From an uncultured Candidatus Saccharibacteria bacterium (GTDB taxonomy: Bacteria > Patescibacteriota > Minisyncoccia > Phycocordibacterales > UBA918), in contig CAYGLK010000001.1 in assembly GCA_964350985.1 (NCBI GenBank), positions 228,528-292,527 of the forward strand: a stretch of DNA of 64,000 bases, given 5' to 3'. This document shows positions 19,916 through 28,374 of this stretch, one piece after another. Under the pieces are notes generated by a model, which saw only the letters and a program-made list of their open reading frames with translations, made no database searches and was not told the origin of the DNA. How positions within the stretch are numbered: the stretch's first letter is position 1; every line of letters starts with the position of its first letter. The position numbers and the translations under genes are program-made.

Positions 19916-19951
19916 TTTGTCAGCTGTTCCCTACCTACATGGAGATATCTC

Positions 19952-20257
19952 ATGCAAAACAGCAAGGTGTCCTTGCTCAAAAAGTTTCTTGCTGACTACA
20001 GTCTGCCGATTGCGGCAGCCTTCGTCATCGCGGTGGTTAGCATGATCGCCGCCTGTACCGTCTCCGGCACGAAAGAGTGTGGCTATGAACTCGTTGTCAC
20101 AAGAGTTCAGACAAGCAGCGCTCTGGGACATCAATTGCCGGAGCAGGCCTACCTCGTTCTTGAGCGACCAATTATCGTTCAGATGGAGGGCACTTCGGAG
20201 GGTCAGAGGTTCGTCCTGAATGGCTGCAATGTTCTGCCGCTGCCTGAAGAGCGCTGA
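19952..20257 (+). CDS. Orphan small membrane or lipoprotein-like protein
   Basis: SD GGAG at 19941-19944, hydrophobic segment ending IAAC, own terminator at 20287-20321, GC-richer. Confidence 0.65.
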   Translation: MQNSKVSLLKKFLADYSLPIAAAFVIAVVSMIAACTVSGTKECGYELVVTRVQTSSALGHQLPEQAYLVLERPIIVQMEGTSEGQRFVLNGCNVLPLPEER

Positions 20258-20431
20258 TTTAATCTTTTAGCATGGTCCACTGCCCAAGCCGTCTGAGTTC
20301 ATACTCGGCGGCTATTGTTTTATCTAAATTTCAATATAAATAAAGCTATTTCACTATGCACACTTTGCACAGGGCTGTGTAAAAACTGCAAAAACTGACT
20401 AGTCTCTATTCGTGATACAATCTACCTACTT

Positions 20432-21814
20432 ATGGCAGACAAACTCGTCACAAACCGAAATCTTCGTACTCCACCGCATAACGTTGATGCTGAAAGAGCA
20501 TTACTTGGAGCTATTATTTTGAAACCTGACGTCATGCACGACGTTTCAGTTTCTGTTTACCCTGAGAGTTTTTATGCTGACAAACACCGAGCTATTTATG
20601 AAGCAATTTTATCTATTTTCTCCAAAGGAGATCCAATTGACGTTGTCTCTTTAGTATCAAAGCTTAAGAGTAACAACACCCATGATCGAGTTGGTGGCGC
20701 TAGTTATATAACTGAACTTATCGAGACTGTTCCCGCAGCTGGTAACGCTAACTACTACGCAGAATTGGTTCAAGGAAAATCTGCGCTTAGAAACCTGATC
20801 TACGCTGCTGATGATATTGCTGAGATCGGTTACTCAGATCCAGACAGTGTTGACGAGGCTTTGGATCAAGCTGAGAAAAAGATTTTTCATGCAACCCAGT
20901 CGCCAACTGCCCAGAAGTTTAAGACTATTGGTAATTCCCTTTCTGAAGCTTGGGAGCGTTTTGAATATCTAAGTGCTAACCAAGAAGAAAGACGTGGTGT
21001 TCCTTCTGGCTTTACCGCTCTAGATAACCTCTTGGCTGGATTCCAAAAATCTGACCTGATCATTTTGGCTGCTCGTCCTTCTATGGGAAAGACTACTTTT
21101 GCGCTTGATGTGGCTCGAAATGCTGCTTTGAAGTTCGGTGCATCAGTGGGTATCTTTTCTCTGGAAATGAGTGATCAACAGTTAGTTGATCGTATGTTGG
21201 CAGCGGAAGCTGGAGTGGACTCATGGAAACTGCGTACTGGTAAGTTATCAAACGACCAAGAGTTTGAAGCGGTGCAAAAAGCGATGGCTAAGCTTTCTGA
21301 TGCTCAGATCCATATCGATGACCAAGCCGGAAATAATATTTTAAAAATGCGTTCCGCTGCTCGTCGTCTTAAGAACGAACATGGACTAGATCTACTTATT
21401 GTCGACTATCTTCAGCTTATGTCCCCTACTGCGACTAAGTCTAGTGATTCAATGGTACAACAAGTAACTGAAATCTCTCGTTCACTTAAGATTCTGGCGC
21501 GGGACTTGGAAGTACCAGTTATTGCTTTGTCACAGCTTTCGCGTGCTGTAGAACAACGAGGTGGTAAGCCACGCCTTTCTGACCTTCGTGACTCAGGTTC
21601 TATTGAACAGGATGCTGACGTGGTGATGTTTATTCACCGTGAAGATAAAATAAATAAAGAATCAGAAAGACCAAACATTGCTGAGATTTTGGTAGAAAAA
21701 CACCGTAACGGTCCAGTTGGATCTTGTGAGTTATACTTCGATGGAACACATGTTCGCTTCCTTAACCTGGATACCAAACACCATAGTGTGGCTGGTGGAG
21801 GTGATGACTTCTAA
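20432..21814 (+). CDS. dnaB: Replicative DNA helicase
   Basis: PPHNVDAERALLG, LAARPSMGKT, FSLEMS, VDYLQLM, LSQLSR, DLRDSGSIEQDAD, KHRNGP. Confidence 0.98.
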   Translation: MADKLVTNRNLRTPPHNVDAERALLGAIILKPDVMHDVSVSVYPESFYADKHRAIYEAILSIFSKGDPIDVVSLVSKLKSNNTHDRVGGASYITELIETVPAAGNANYYAELVQGKSALRNLIYAADDIAEIGYSDPDSVDEALDQAEKKIFHATQSPTAQKFKTIGNSLSEAWERFEYLSANQEERRGVPSGFTALDNLLAGFQKSDLIILAARPSMGKTTFALDVARNAALKFGASVGIFSLEMSDQQLVDRMLAAEAGVDSWKLRTGKLSNDQEFEAVQKAMAKLSDAQIHIDDQAGNNILKMRSAARRLKNEHGLDLLIVDYLQLMSPTATKSSDSMVQQVTEISRSLKILARDLEVPVIALSQLSRAVEQRGGKPRLSDLRDSGSIEQDADVVMFIHREDKINKESERPNIAEILVEKHRNGPVGSCELYFDGTHVRFLNLDTKHHSVAGGGDDF

Positions 21815-21834
21815 TCGTTGTAGTTGTAAATAGG

Positions 21835-21877
21835 TCGTATCATACATGATATGACTTTCGTATCATGTATGATACGA
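21835..21877. repeat. Perfect 17-bp inverted repeat
   Basis: TCGTATCATACATGATA-9 nt-TATCATGTATGATACGA. Confidence 0.85.
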
Positions 21878-21908
21878 AAACATAATTTAAAATCAGAAAA
21901 ATTTAAAC

Positions 21909-22532
21909 ATGACCCCGCTCGATAAACTTATAGCTTATTTTGAAAAATTTCCTGGTATTGGTGCTCGCCAAGCTAAGCGTTTTGCTTTTCATATTTTAAC
22001 TCTCAAACGTGAACAGGTTGATGAACTTGCTTCCCTTATTACTTCCCTACCAAGCTCAGTTTCAGAATGTTTTGATTGTCATCGGTTTTTCTCCTCTTCA
22101 TATAACTCAAACAATAACCTCTGTAATATCTGTGATAGTACTTCAAGAGACAAGAGTAAGTTGATGGTTGTGTCTCGGGACAGTGATATTCAAGCTATCG
22201 AGAGGAGTAATGTATATAACGGACTTTACTTTGTCTTAGGCGGCACTATATCGCTTCTCAATGGGCCTGAAACGAATTCTAAGCTACGTAGCGGTGCCTT
22301 TCGTGCCTTATTAGATAAAAGACTAAAAGAAAGTCTTAATGAAGTTATTTTAGCCTTTTCAATCAATCCTGACGGAGAAAATACTAGTCGTTACATTGAG
22401 ACTGTTTTGCAAGAAATTCCTGAAGCCAGCAAGTTAAAAATTACCCACCTTGGTCGCGGCCTTTCAACCGGTAGTGAGCTTGAATATGCTGATCCTGAAA
22501 CTATCAAAAGTGCTTTGAGTAATCGAAACTAA
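21909..22532 (+). CDS. recR: Recombination mediator RecR
   Basis: FPGIGARQAKRFAF HhH, CxxC/CxxC zinc finger, TOPRIM domain, GSELEYAD. Confidence 0.95.
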   Translation: MTPLDKLIAYFEKFPGIGARQAKRFAFHILTLKREQVDELASLITSLPSSVSECFDCHRFFSSSYNSNNNLCNICDSTSRDKSKLMVVSRDSDIQAIERSNVYNGLYFVLGGTISLLNGPETNSKLRSGAFRALLDKRLKESLNEVILAFSINPDGENTSRYIETVLQEIPEASKLKITHLGRGLSTGSELEYADPETIKSALSNRN

Positions 22533-22535
22533 GCT

Positions 22536-22577
22536 AATCAAAAAGAACGGCGCCCATGGGCGCCGTTCTTTTTGATT
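22536..22577. terminator. Bidirectional terminator between recR and rplU
   Basis: AATCAAAAAGAACGGCGCC-CATG-GGCGCCGTTCTTTTTGATT. Confidence 0.9.
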
Positions 22578-22581
22578 TGTA

Positions 22582-22914
22582 TTAGATAGACTTGATTTCG
22601 ATCTCAGCGTAGTGCTGTCTGTGACCAATTCTTCGGTCTCGGTTACTCTTAGCTTTGTAGCGAACAATAGTAAGCTTTGGACCCTTCTTCTCTCCTAAGT
22701 AAGTTGCCTTAACCTTTGAGCCTGTGTGAGGTGTGCCGATTTTAGCCGCTTTACCATCATCAGTCATTAGGACAGTATCAAACTCGATAGTATCTCCTTC
22801 TTTGTATTCACCAAGAAGTTCAACTAGGATTTTGTCGCCCACTGAAACCACGTATTGCTTGCCGCCAGTTGCGATAACTGCGAAGGCGTCTTTGTTAGCT
22901 GTTTTTGTTGCCAT
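22582..22914 (-). CDS. rplU: 50S ribosomal protein L21
   Basis: AVIATGGKQY.V..GD, IGTP, GHRQHY. Confidence 0.96.
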   Translation of the reverse strand: MATKTANKDAFAVIATGGKQYVVSVGDKILVELLGEYKEGDTIEFDTVLMTDDGKAAKIGTPHTGSKVKATYLGEKKGPKLTIVRYKAKSNRDRRIGHRQHYAEIEIKSI

Positions 22915-23046
22915 AGTGCGGGCTATAGTACAAGAAAACCCCTAAAATTGCAAGGGAATCTAGCTTCTCCATTTTTTAACATTATCTTCAGGTTCGTTGA
23001 TGTATGGTTCTAATGCGTTCAGTCATTTTTTGAATATTTACATTGT

Positions 23047-23080
23047 AAAACACCGCCTCTGGAGAAGCGGCGTTTTTTTT
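23047..23080 (-). terminator. Terminator related to the 25-27 kb repeat hairpin
   Basis: Minus strand AAAACGCCGCTTCTCCAGAGGCGGTGTTTT versus CGCCGCTCTCCACGAGCGGCGG. Confidence 0.7.
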
Positions 23081-23118
23081 GGGTGTGGCATTCCCAACAT
23101 TTAATATCACACCCCTTG

Positions 23119-23403
23119 CTAATCTGCCGACCAAGTTCCTAACGCGAGGCTGAAAATGCACAGCAAGGTGATGTAGGAGTTGATAATGAAGACAACTACC
23201 CCAATAGCCGCAAGAATCCCCTCTCCAAAGAACATCACGATGAAGTAGACAGACAGAGCAGCGATGGACATTCCCAGACCGGTCCATACTTTTTTTTGAT
23301 CCCTCAAGGGAGGGATCAACTCGTCCCATTTTTGGTCGACTACTGAGTACATGAATCCTGGGAATGTCACCCAGGCCACAATTTTCCAGAAACGTTGTGC
23401 CAC
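23119..23403 (-). CDS. Orphan small membrane protein
   Basis: GTG start with SD GAGGAG, 2-3 TM segments, upstream ATTGACTTTTAGGTAT. Confidence 0.65.
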   Translation of the reverse strand: MAQRFWKIVAWVTFPGFMYSVVDQKWDELIPPLRDQKKVWTGLGMSIAALSVYFIVMFFGEGILAAIGVVVFIINSYITLLCIFSLALGTWSAD

Positions 23404-23504
23404 GTCGCTCTCCTCGTTACTCCGCGAAAACGAAGTATTCTATAATTACAATGTCACATGAATACCTAAAAGTCAATAAAACTGATTACGCTGTAGGGCT
23501 AATT

Positions 23505-24620
23505 TTACTCCTTTGTAGGCTTGTCCAAAACCAAGGTCTCATGTCCGGTACTTTCTCCAGAGATACGCACTACATCCTTATCTACCTTGGCTAATTCCTT
23601 GCTGGCAGCGTTGTAGTGATTGACGGTAGTACCAAGACTGTTCCCTACTTTTTCAAAATATTCATTATAAGCACTCAGATGTCGCGAGAGTTTTTCGACA
23701 TTAGCTTGTATCTCTTTTGCCCCCTCTTCTACCTTAAAGGCTCTAAAGCCGTAGAGGACTGACTGGAGATAAGCGGCAAAAGTAGTTGGTGACACAATAA
23801 TGACGTTCTTGTCTCTGTAGGCGTAGTCAATTAGTGAACGAGTGTTTACTTTAATAGAACCTACTTCATTTACAAGTAAGTCGTAATAGATCGCTTCAGC
23901 TGGGATATACATAAAGGCAAATGGTAAAGTACCATCCTTTGGTCGGATATATTTTGCTGTTTCATCAATTCTTTTCTTGAGGTCGTTTTTAAATTCTTTT
24001 TCTAACTCCAAACGACGCTGATCATCAGTTTCATCTACCAGACGACGATAATTATCTAGTGAAAACTTAGCATCAACCGGGATCATTCCGTCTTTGGTGA
24101 TAATGACAGCATCAACAGTTTCCCCTCCTTCAAAAAGGTATTGAAATTTATAAGCGCCAACCGGAAGGATATTCTCTAGAGCTAACTGCAGACTGGCTTC
24201 ACCGAGGTTCCCTCTTTGTTTTTGGTGCTTGAGTACCTTCTCAAGATTTTGTAGTTGCTCGGCGATGGTAAATACCTGCTTCGAACTCTCACTTACTTCT
24301 GACACGTGTTTCTGTACACCAAGTAGTTTTTCATTGATACTTTCTTGAATAGCACGAATTTGTTCGTTAACGTCTTTGTTGATCTCTTGCATCAGTTCCT
24401 TACTGTCTCTAAATTGCTGACGACTCCCTTCTTGCGCTAGACGATTACTCTCGCCCATCTGCTCACGCATACCACGAGAAAGTTCTTGAATCTGTTGCTG
24501 CATCAAAAGCAGGCTATCGTTATCAGTCGCTTTTTTCTCCGGACGGAAGAAAAAAACGTAAACTAGTAAGCCGAGAATTGCTACTAAGAGTAGCAAAAGA
24601 ATAATAATGATAGTGTCCAT
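23505..24620 (-). CDS. rmuC: DNA recombination protein RmuC
   Basis: N-terminal TM, coiled coil, RGNLGE, PVDAKF, KYI.P..GT..FAFMYIPAEAIY, VSPTTF. Confidence 0.93.
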   Translation of the reverse strand: MDTIIIILLLLLVAILGLLVYVFFFRPEKKATDNDSLLLMQQQIQELSRGMREQMGESNRLAQEGSRQQFRDSKELMQEINKDVNEQIRAIQESINEKLLGVQKHVSEVSESSKQVFTIAEQLQNLEKVLKHQKQRGNLGEASLQLALENILPVGAYKFQYLFEGGETVDAVIITKDGMIPVDAKFSLDNYRRLVDETDDQRRLELEKEFKNDLKKRIDETAKYIRPKDGTLPFAFMYIPAEAIYYDLLVNEVGSIKVNTRSLIDYAYRDKNVIIVSPTTFAAYLQSVLYGFRAFKVEEGAKEIQANVEKLSRHLSAYNEYFEKVGNSLGTTVNHYNAASKELAKVDKDVVRISGESTGHETLVLDKPTKE

Positions 24621-24772
24621 GCCGACTATTTTACCATGATAGCAAGCGAAGCTTGCTGTCCACTCTACATTGACAATAATGATATTTTCTTATTTAATTA
24701 AAAAAGAATCGCTAGGGATCGACTACAACACTCCTAAGATCTTTTTCACCCACCTGACAAGAGGGGTTTGTC

Positions 24773-25024
24773 ATGAAAAATGTGTTGGCCAAGATGGTCA
24801 AGTTCTTCGCTTTTCTGCTTTACCGCGGAGGAGTCTTTCTCTTCGTGGCAAGTCTGCCTATTTACTTCTCCAGGCAGTTTCCAGCCTTCGAACTGTCTTT
24901 CTTCGCTTTTTGCGGCCTCTCTGCTGTTGCTGGGGAGGTTTTGCGGGAAGTATACGAATACTATACCGCAGAGGAGTTGGACTGGAGACTTTTTCCAAAA
25001 AGGAAACGAGCGACCAGCCAATGA
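24773..25024 (+). CDS. Orphan small 2-TM membrane protein (cassette 1 of array)
   Basis: Promoter TTGACA(24670)-17-TTTAAT, SD GAGGGG inside a TGACAA..TTGTCA hairpin, followed by the repeat terminator. Confidence 0.6.
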   Translation: MKNVLAKMVKFFAFLLYRGGVFLFVASLPIYFSRQFPAFELSFFAFCGLSAVAGEVLREVYEYYTAEELDWRLFPKRKRATSQ

Positions 25025-25061
25025 TTTTACCGGTTTTGGCTGTGTCGACCAACCAGCCCAC

Positions 25062-25144
25062 GATCGCCGCTCTCCACGAGCGGCGGTCTTTCTTTTTTTC
25101 TTTTAAATATTAGTCACAAATATTGACTTTAGGTATAATTTATG
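25062..25144 (+). repeat. Terminator-plus-promoter module, copy 1
   Basis: 82/83 identical to 26115-26197; hairpin CGCCGCTC-TCCAC-GAGCGGCG with U-tract, then TTGACT-17-TATTAT. Confidence 0.95.
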
Positions 25145-25222
25145 TTATTATCTCAAAAGATCTGTATCTAACAACAGCTATGCTTATCTCATTCTATCTC
25201 TGCACTTTGACAAGGAATAAAG

Positions 25223-26086
25223 ATGAAAAATATAAATTGGAACGTTCTTTGGGACATTCTCTGCGAAGACATCAGTAGCAAGAATCTGAGGGGTCCAGAA
25301 ATTGTCAATTGGCAAAAGGTCTGCTTGTTTCACGCGTCTCTCCAGGCCATCGGAGTAATGTTTCTCTTTGCTTTAGGGGAAGCAAGCTATATCCCGGTAA
25401 TTGCAGGCCTGTTGTTTCTCTTAGCTGGCATAGCACCTACTGTGCTGGCATTTGCTTTGGATCTTTCGACAGTCGTGTCGGAGAGAGTACCTTCTTTTTT
25501 GGCACGAGCCAAAATGACTATCGGTCAATGGCGTCAGCAAAAGCGAACAGCTAAACATTTTGAGACACTCGGACAAAGAAAAATCAGTCCATATGTCTCA
25601 ATGGAGGGATCAATTGATCTGACGTCCATGTCGCAGTTGTTGGCAATTTGTCGCTCAGTTGTCCAGCAGCATTTCCGGTCACTTACTCTGGAGGAGCAGA
25701 TTTCCCTGATCGAAGTCTCGCACAAGTTTAAGGAAGGAAAGAAAGAAGTGATTTCGGTCACTGTCACCTTCCTTTATGAACGCAGTTTGAAAGTCCGTCG
25801 TGACGGCGTCGATCGTGATGTGCTAGTGCACTCCGGTCACACTATTCAGCTTTTTCCAGACGGGACAAGGATCGTTGACATTGAGCACGTGCTCTCGCAA
25901 GGCACCAGGATGCTGAGCGGTTTAGACGATGTACGAGCGCACGTCTTGAACGTAGCTCACCGACTGCTGGATAATGACATCGACGTCGGTTCGGCCGAAA
26001 AAGATGCGTCGTCCGTGGTGATGTTGGCTTCAATGCCAACTGGCCAAAGTCGGAAGAGCTCATCTTCAGATTCTGTTCTTGAGTAG
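25223..26086 (+). CDS. Orphan membrane protein, paralog of 26282-27070
   Basis: Two N-terminal TMs; shared VTFxYxR...DGV..D.LV.S.H...VDI..V...L..L.D....V.NV..RL; SD AAGGA. Confidence 0.75.
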   Translation: MKNINWNVLWDILCEDISSKNLRGPEIVNWQKVCLFHASLQAIGVMFLFALGEASYIPVIAGLLFLLAGIAPTVLAFALDLSTVVSERVPSFLARAKMTIGQWRQQKRTAKHFETLGQRKISPYVSMEGSIDLTSMSQLLAICRSVVQQHFRSLTLEEQISLIEVSHKFKEGKKEVISVTVTFLYERSLKVRRDGVDRDVLVHSGHTIQLFPDGTRIVDIEHVLSQGTRMLSGLDDVRAHVLNVAHRLLDNDIDVGSAEKDASSVVMLASMPTGQSRKSSSSDSVLE

Positions 26087-26114
26087 CCGGCACCGCTGGC
26101 TACTCACCACCATT

Positions 26115-26197
26115 GATCGCCGCTCTCCACGAGCGGCGGTCTTTCTTTTTTTCTTTTAAATATTAGTCGCAAATATTGACTTTAGGTATAATTTATG
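26115..26197 (+). repeat. Terminator-plus-promoter module, copy 2
   Basis: One mismatch to copy 1; TTGACT-17-TATAAA. Confidence 0.95.
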
Positions 26198-26281
26198 CTA
26201 TAAACTAAATAGCAATTGTATTAAACCAGCACCCCGCTGTTTTTTGAATCGATCTTTAACAACAAACCTAGGAGGTGTCAG

Positions 26282-27070
26282 ATGAGTATCACTGGCGATT
26301 TTTATGAGGAGAGGTCAGACGACCTGGACACAAAGGAAGGAGGGCTGTTGTTATCGGTTCTTATTCTTTGGTTTGGCGCTGGAGTTGCTGCATGGCTAAG
26401 CTCTGATCCTGTGACTGGGTTTCAGACGGTCCTTCATGTTGTGAGCAGTTTCCTCTTCTTTCTCCCGTTCATCCCACTCATTGTTACTATACCGGCCGAT
26501 TTCTTGGTCGGTGTGCGTAATCATATCGACGGATGGTGGAATGACATCCAAGGATTCCTTGGGTCACGTCGGAGAAAAAAAATGGAATCTAGTACGCTTG
26601 AGCGGCTTGATCCAAGCAAGATTGAGCCGCACATTTCGAGTCCCTTGCCGGACCTGGGCAACGCTACTCACCTCAAGGAGATCTGTGTTGAGATTGTCCT
26701 GGATCAGTTGGGACGTAAGCTGGTCAGGGATGAGGAGGTTTATGTCCTCAGTTCTGAGCCGAAACCAGGTGGCAAAGTGACTGTTGTCACTTTTGTCTAC
26801 CGTCGGTGCGAACAGACGGTAGAGGACGGCGTCAGTCACGACCGTTTGGTTGCGTCGGCACATGTGGTCAGGCTTTTGCTCAACAGCTTGGCTAAGTGTG
26901 TCGACATATCTTGGGTCACTTCACTCACTCATAAGGAATTGGGTGATCTGGAGGATCCGGAGAGCTTTGTGACCAACGTCACCCAGAGGCTGGAAGGAGA
27001 CTTGCTGCCATGTTCGGCTGTACCAGCTACAGTCAGAAGCATGACTTCCAGGATTCCTCTCTCTGAGTGA
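26282..27070 (+). CDS. Orphan membrane protein, paralog of 25223-26086
   Basis: Perfect SD AGGAGGT, boxA-like GATCTTTAACAA at 26251-26262, two TMs plus the shared soluble domain. Confidence 0.78.
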   Translation: MSITGDFYEERSDDLDTKEGGLLLSVLILWFGAGVAAWLSSDPVTGFQTVLHVVSSFLFFLPFIPLIVTIPADFLVGVRNHIDGWWNDIQGFLGSRRRKKMESSTLERLDPSKIEPHISSPLPDLGNATHLKEICVEIVLDQLGRKLVRDEEVYVLSSEPKPGGKVTVVTFVYRRCEQTVEDGVSHDRLVASAHVVRLLLNSLAKCVDISWVTSLTHKELGDLEDPESFVTNVTQRLEGDLLPCSAVPATVRSMTSRIPLSE

Positions 27071-27105
27071 TTGCTCTCGTCTTGCGATGCTCGCGCACCG
27101 CCCCC

Positions 27106-27189
27106 GATCGCCGCTCTCCTCGAGCGGCGATTTTCTTTATTTAAATATTGGATGCAAACATTGACTAAATACATATTTTATAATATAAA
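27106..27189 (+). repeat. Terminator-plus-promoter module, diverged copy 3
   Basis: GATCGCCGCTCTCCTCGAGCGGCG..TTTAAATATT..CAAA.ATTGACT-17-TATAAA. Confidence 0.85.
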
Positions 27190-27314
27190 ATATCAAGTTC
27201 CTTAATTTTCAATGATGAGACGAGCGAATTGCGGCTTATTTTATAGGCCTTAGCTCGCTCGTCTCATTCTGGACAAGTCGTTGCCGAACGGTTTTCGGTA
27301 TTGAGGACCATCAC

Positions 27315-27518
27315 ATGAACCAAAGCTTAAACCACCAACCGACGCTGGATCAGCTGGTTGCAAACGGTGAGCCTTTCCATGGCTTCTACCCGAAGCCGGC
27401 ACCTCAACCGCTGGTTGCAAACGGTGAGCCTTTCCATGGCTTCTACCCGAAGCCAGCGGCTCCGCCACCGGGACAGGATTGCTTCGACTACGTGACCCGC
27501 CCGATATTTGACGAATAG
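27315..27518 (+). CDS. Small Pro-rich peptide with internal duplication (LVANGEPFHGFYPKPA x2)
   Basis: SD GAGGA, exact 45-bp repeat at a 57-bp (in-frame) period, terminator-like hairpin at 27542-27586. Confidence 0.5.
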   Translation: MNQSLNHQPTLDQLVANGEPFHGFYPKPAPQPLVANGEPFHGFYPKPAAPPPGQDCFDYVTRPIFDE

Positions 27519-27642
27519 CGGCGTTCTTGCTATTCGAAATCGGACTGCTTTCATCTCATTCATTTGGGGTGGGCAGTCCATTTTTTATATTTCAATCAAA
27601 ATCTCCCTCTGTGATATAATTTCAATATTAAATTTGTTTTAT

Positions 27643-28095
27643 ATGTCAATTCACACTGATCTTAGAGTTAGCCTTAAAGAAGCGATGAAAGCTAAGGATG
27701 ATGTTACTTTGCGTACTGTTAGAGGTATTATGACTGCTTGTACTAACGAACTAGTCGCTACTGGAAGAACTCCACAAGACGAACTTAAAGACGAAGAAGT
27801 CCTAGCTGTTATTAAGCGTCTAGCTAAGCAGCGAAAAGAATCAATCGTTCAATACGAAGCAGCTAACCGTCCTGAACTAGCAGTACCAGAAAAAGAAGAG
27901 CTAGCTGTTTTGGAAGCATACTTACCTACTTTAATGTCTCAAGAAGAAATCAGACCAGTAGCAGAAGCACTTAAAGCTGAGCTTGGTATTGAGGACAAAG
28001 CGAAAATGGGAATGCTCATGGGAGCTGTTATCAAGAAGCTGGCTGGCCAAGCTGATGGAGCTGATGTTAAGGCTGTTGTTGAAAGTCTATTCTAG
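27643..28095 (+). CDS. GatB/YqeY domain protein (probable start MSIHTD)
   Basis: LKEAMKAKD, KQRKESI.QY..A.R.ELA..E..EL.VL..YLP, MG.LMG. Confidence 0.93.
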   Translation: MSIHTDLRVSLKEAMKAKDDVTLRTVRGIMTACTNELVATGRTPQDELKDEEVLAVIKRLAKQRKESIVQYEAANRPELAVPEKEELAVLEAYLPTLMSQEEIRPVAEALKAELGIEDKAKMGMLMGAVIKKLAGQADGADVKAVVESLF

Positions 28096-28234
28096 ATAGA
28101 ACCGTCGCAAACGGAAAATTTCTTTGTTGTCCTACGTAAAATATCCCTCACCGTACAATTAGTACAGCTCGTCATATTTTCCTTGTCCGCCGCGAACTTT
28201 CCTCGCTTACAGCGATTCTGGAAGATGGAAAATG

Positions 28235-28268
28235 AAAAAACCCTCGGACTCAAAGTCCGAGGGTTTTT
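28235..28268. terminator. Intrinsic terminator
   Basis: AAAAACCCTCGGACT-CAA-AGTCCGAGGGTTTTT. Confidence 0.85.
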
Positions 28269-28374
28269 ATTTGTTCACTAAACTAGCGCTATTGACAACA
28301 CCTATAAAAATCGGTACTTTATGGAAGAAAAAGTTCCAATCCGTCCCAGTAGGGACTTTGAACGGAGTCAGGCC

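Noticed and set aside
25062-27189. CRISPR array
   Set aside because: The repeats are 83 bp and separated by ~1-kb genes, and there is no cas operon. The lone Cas4-like nuclease at 57663 is a common stand-alone family.
27353-27454. Mini-CRISPR
   Set aside because: Two 45-bp copies with only a 12-bp gap, in frame within an ORF.
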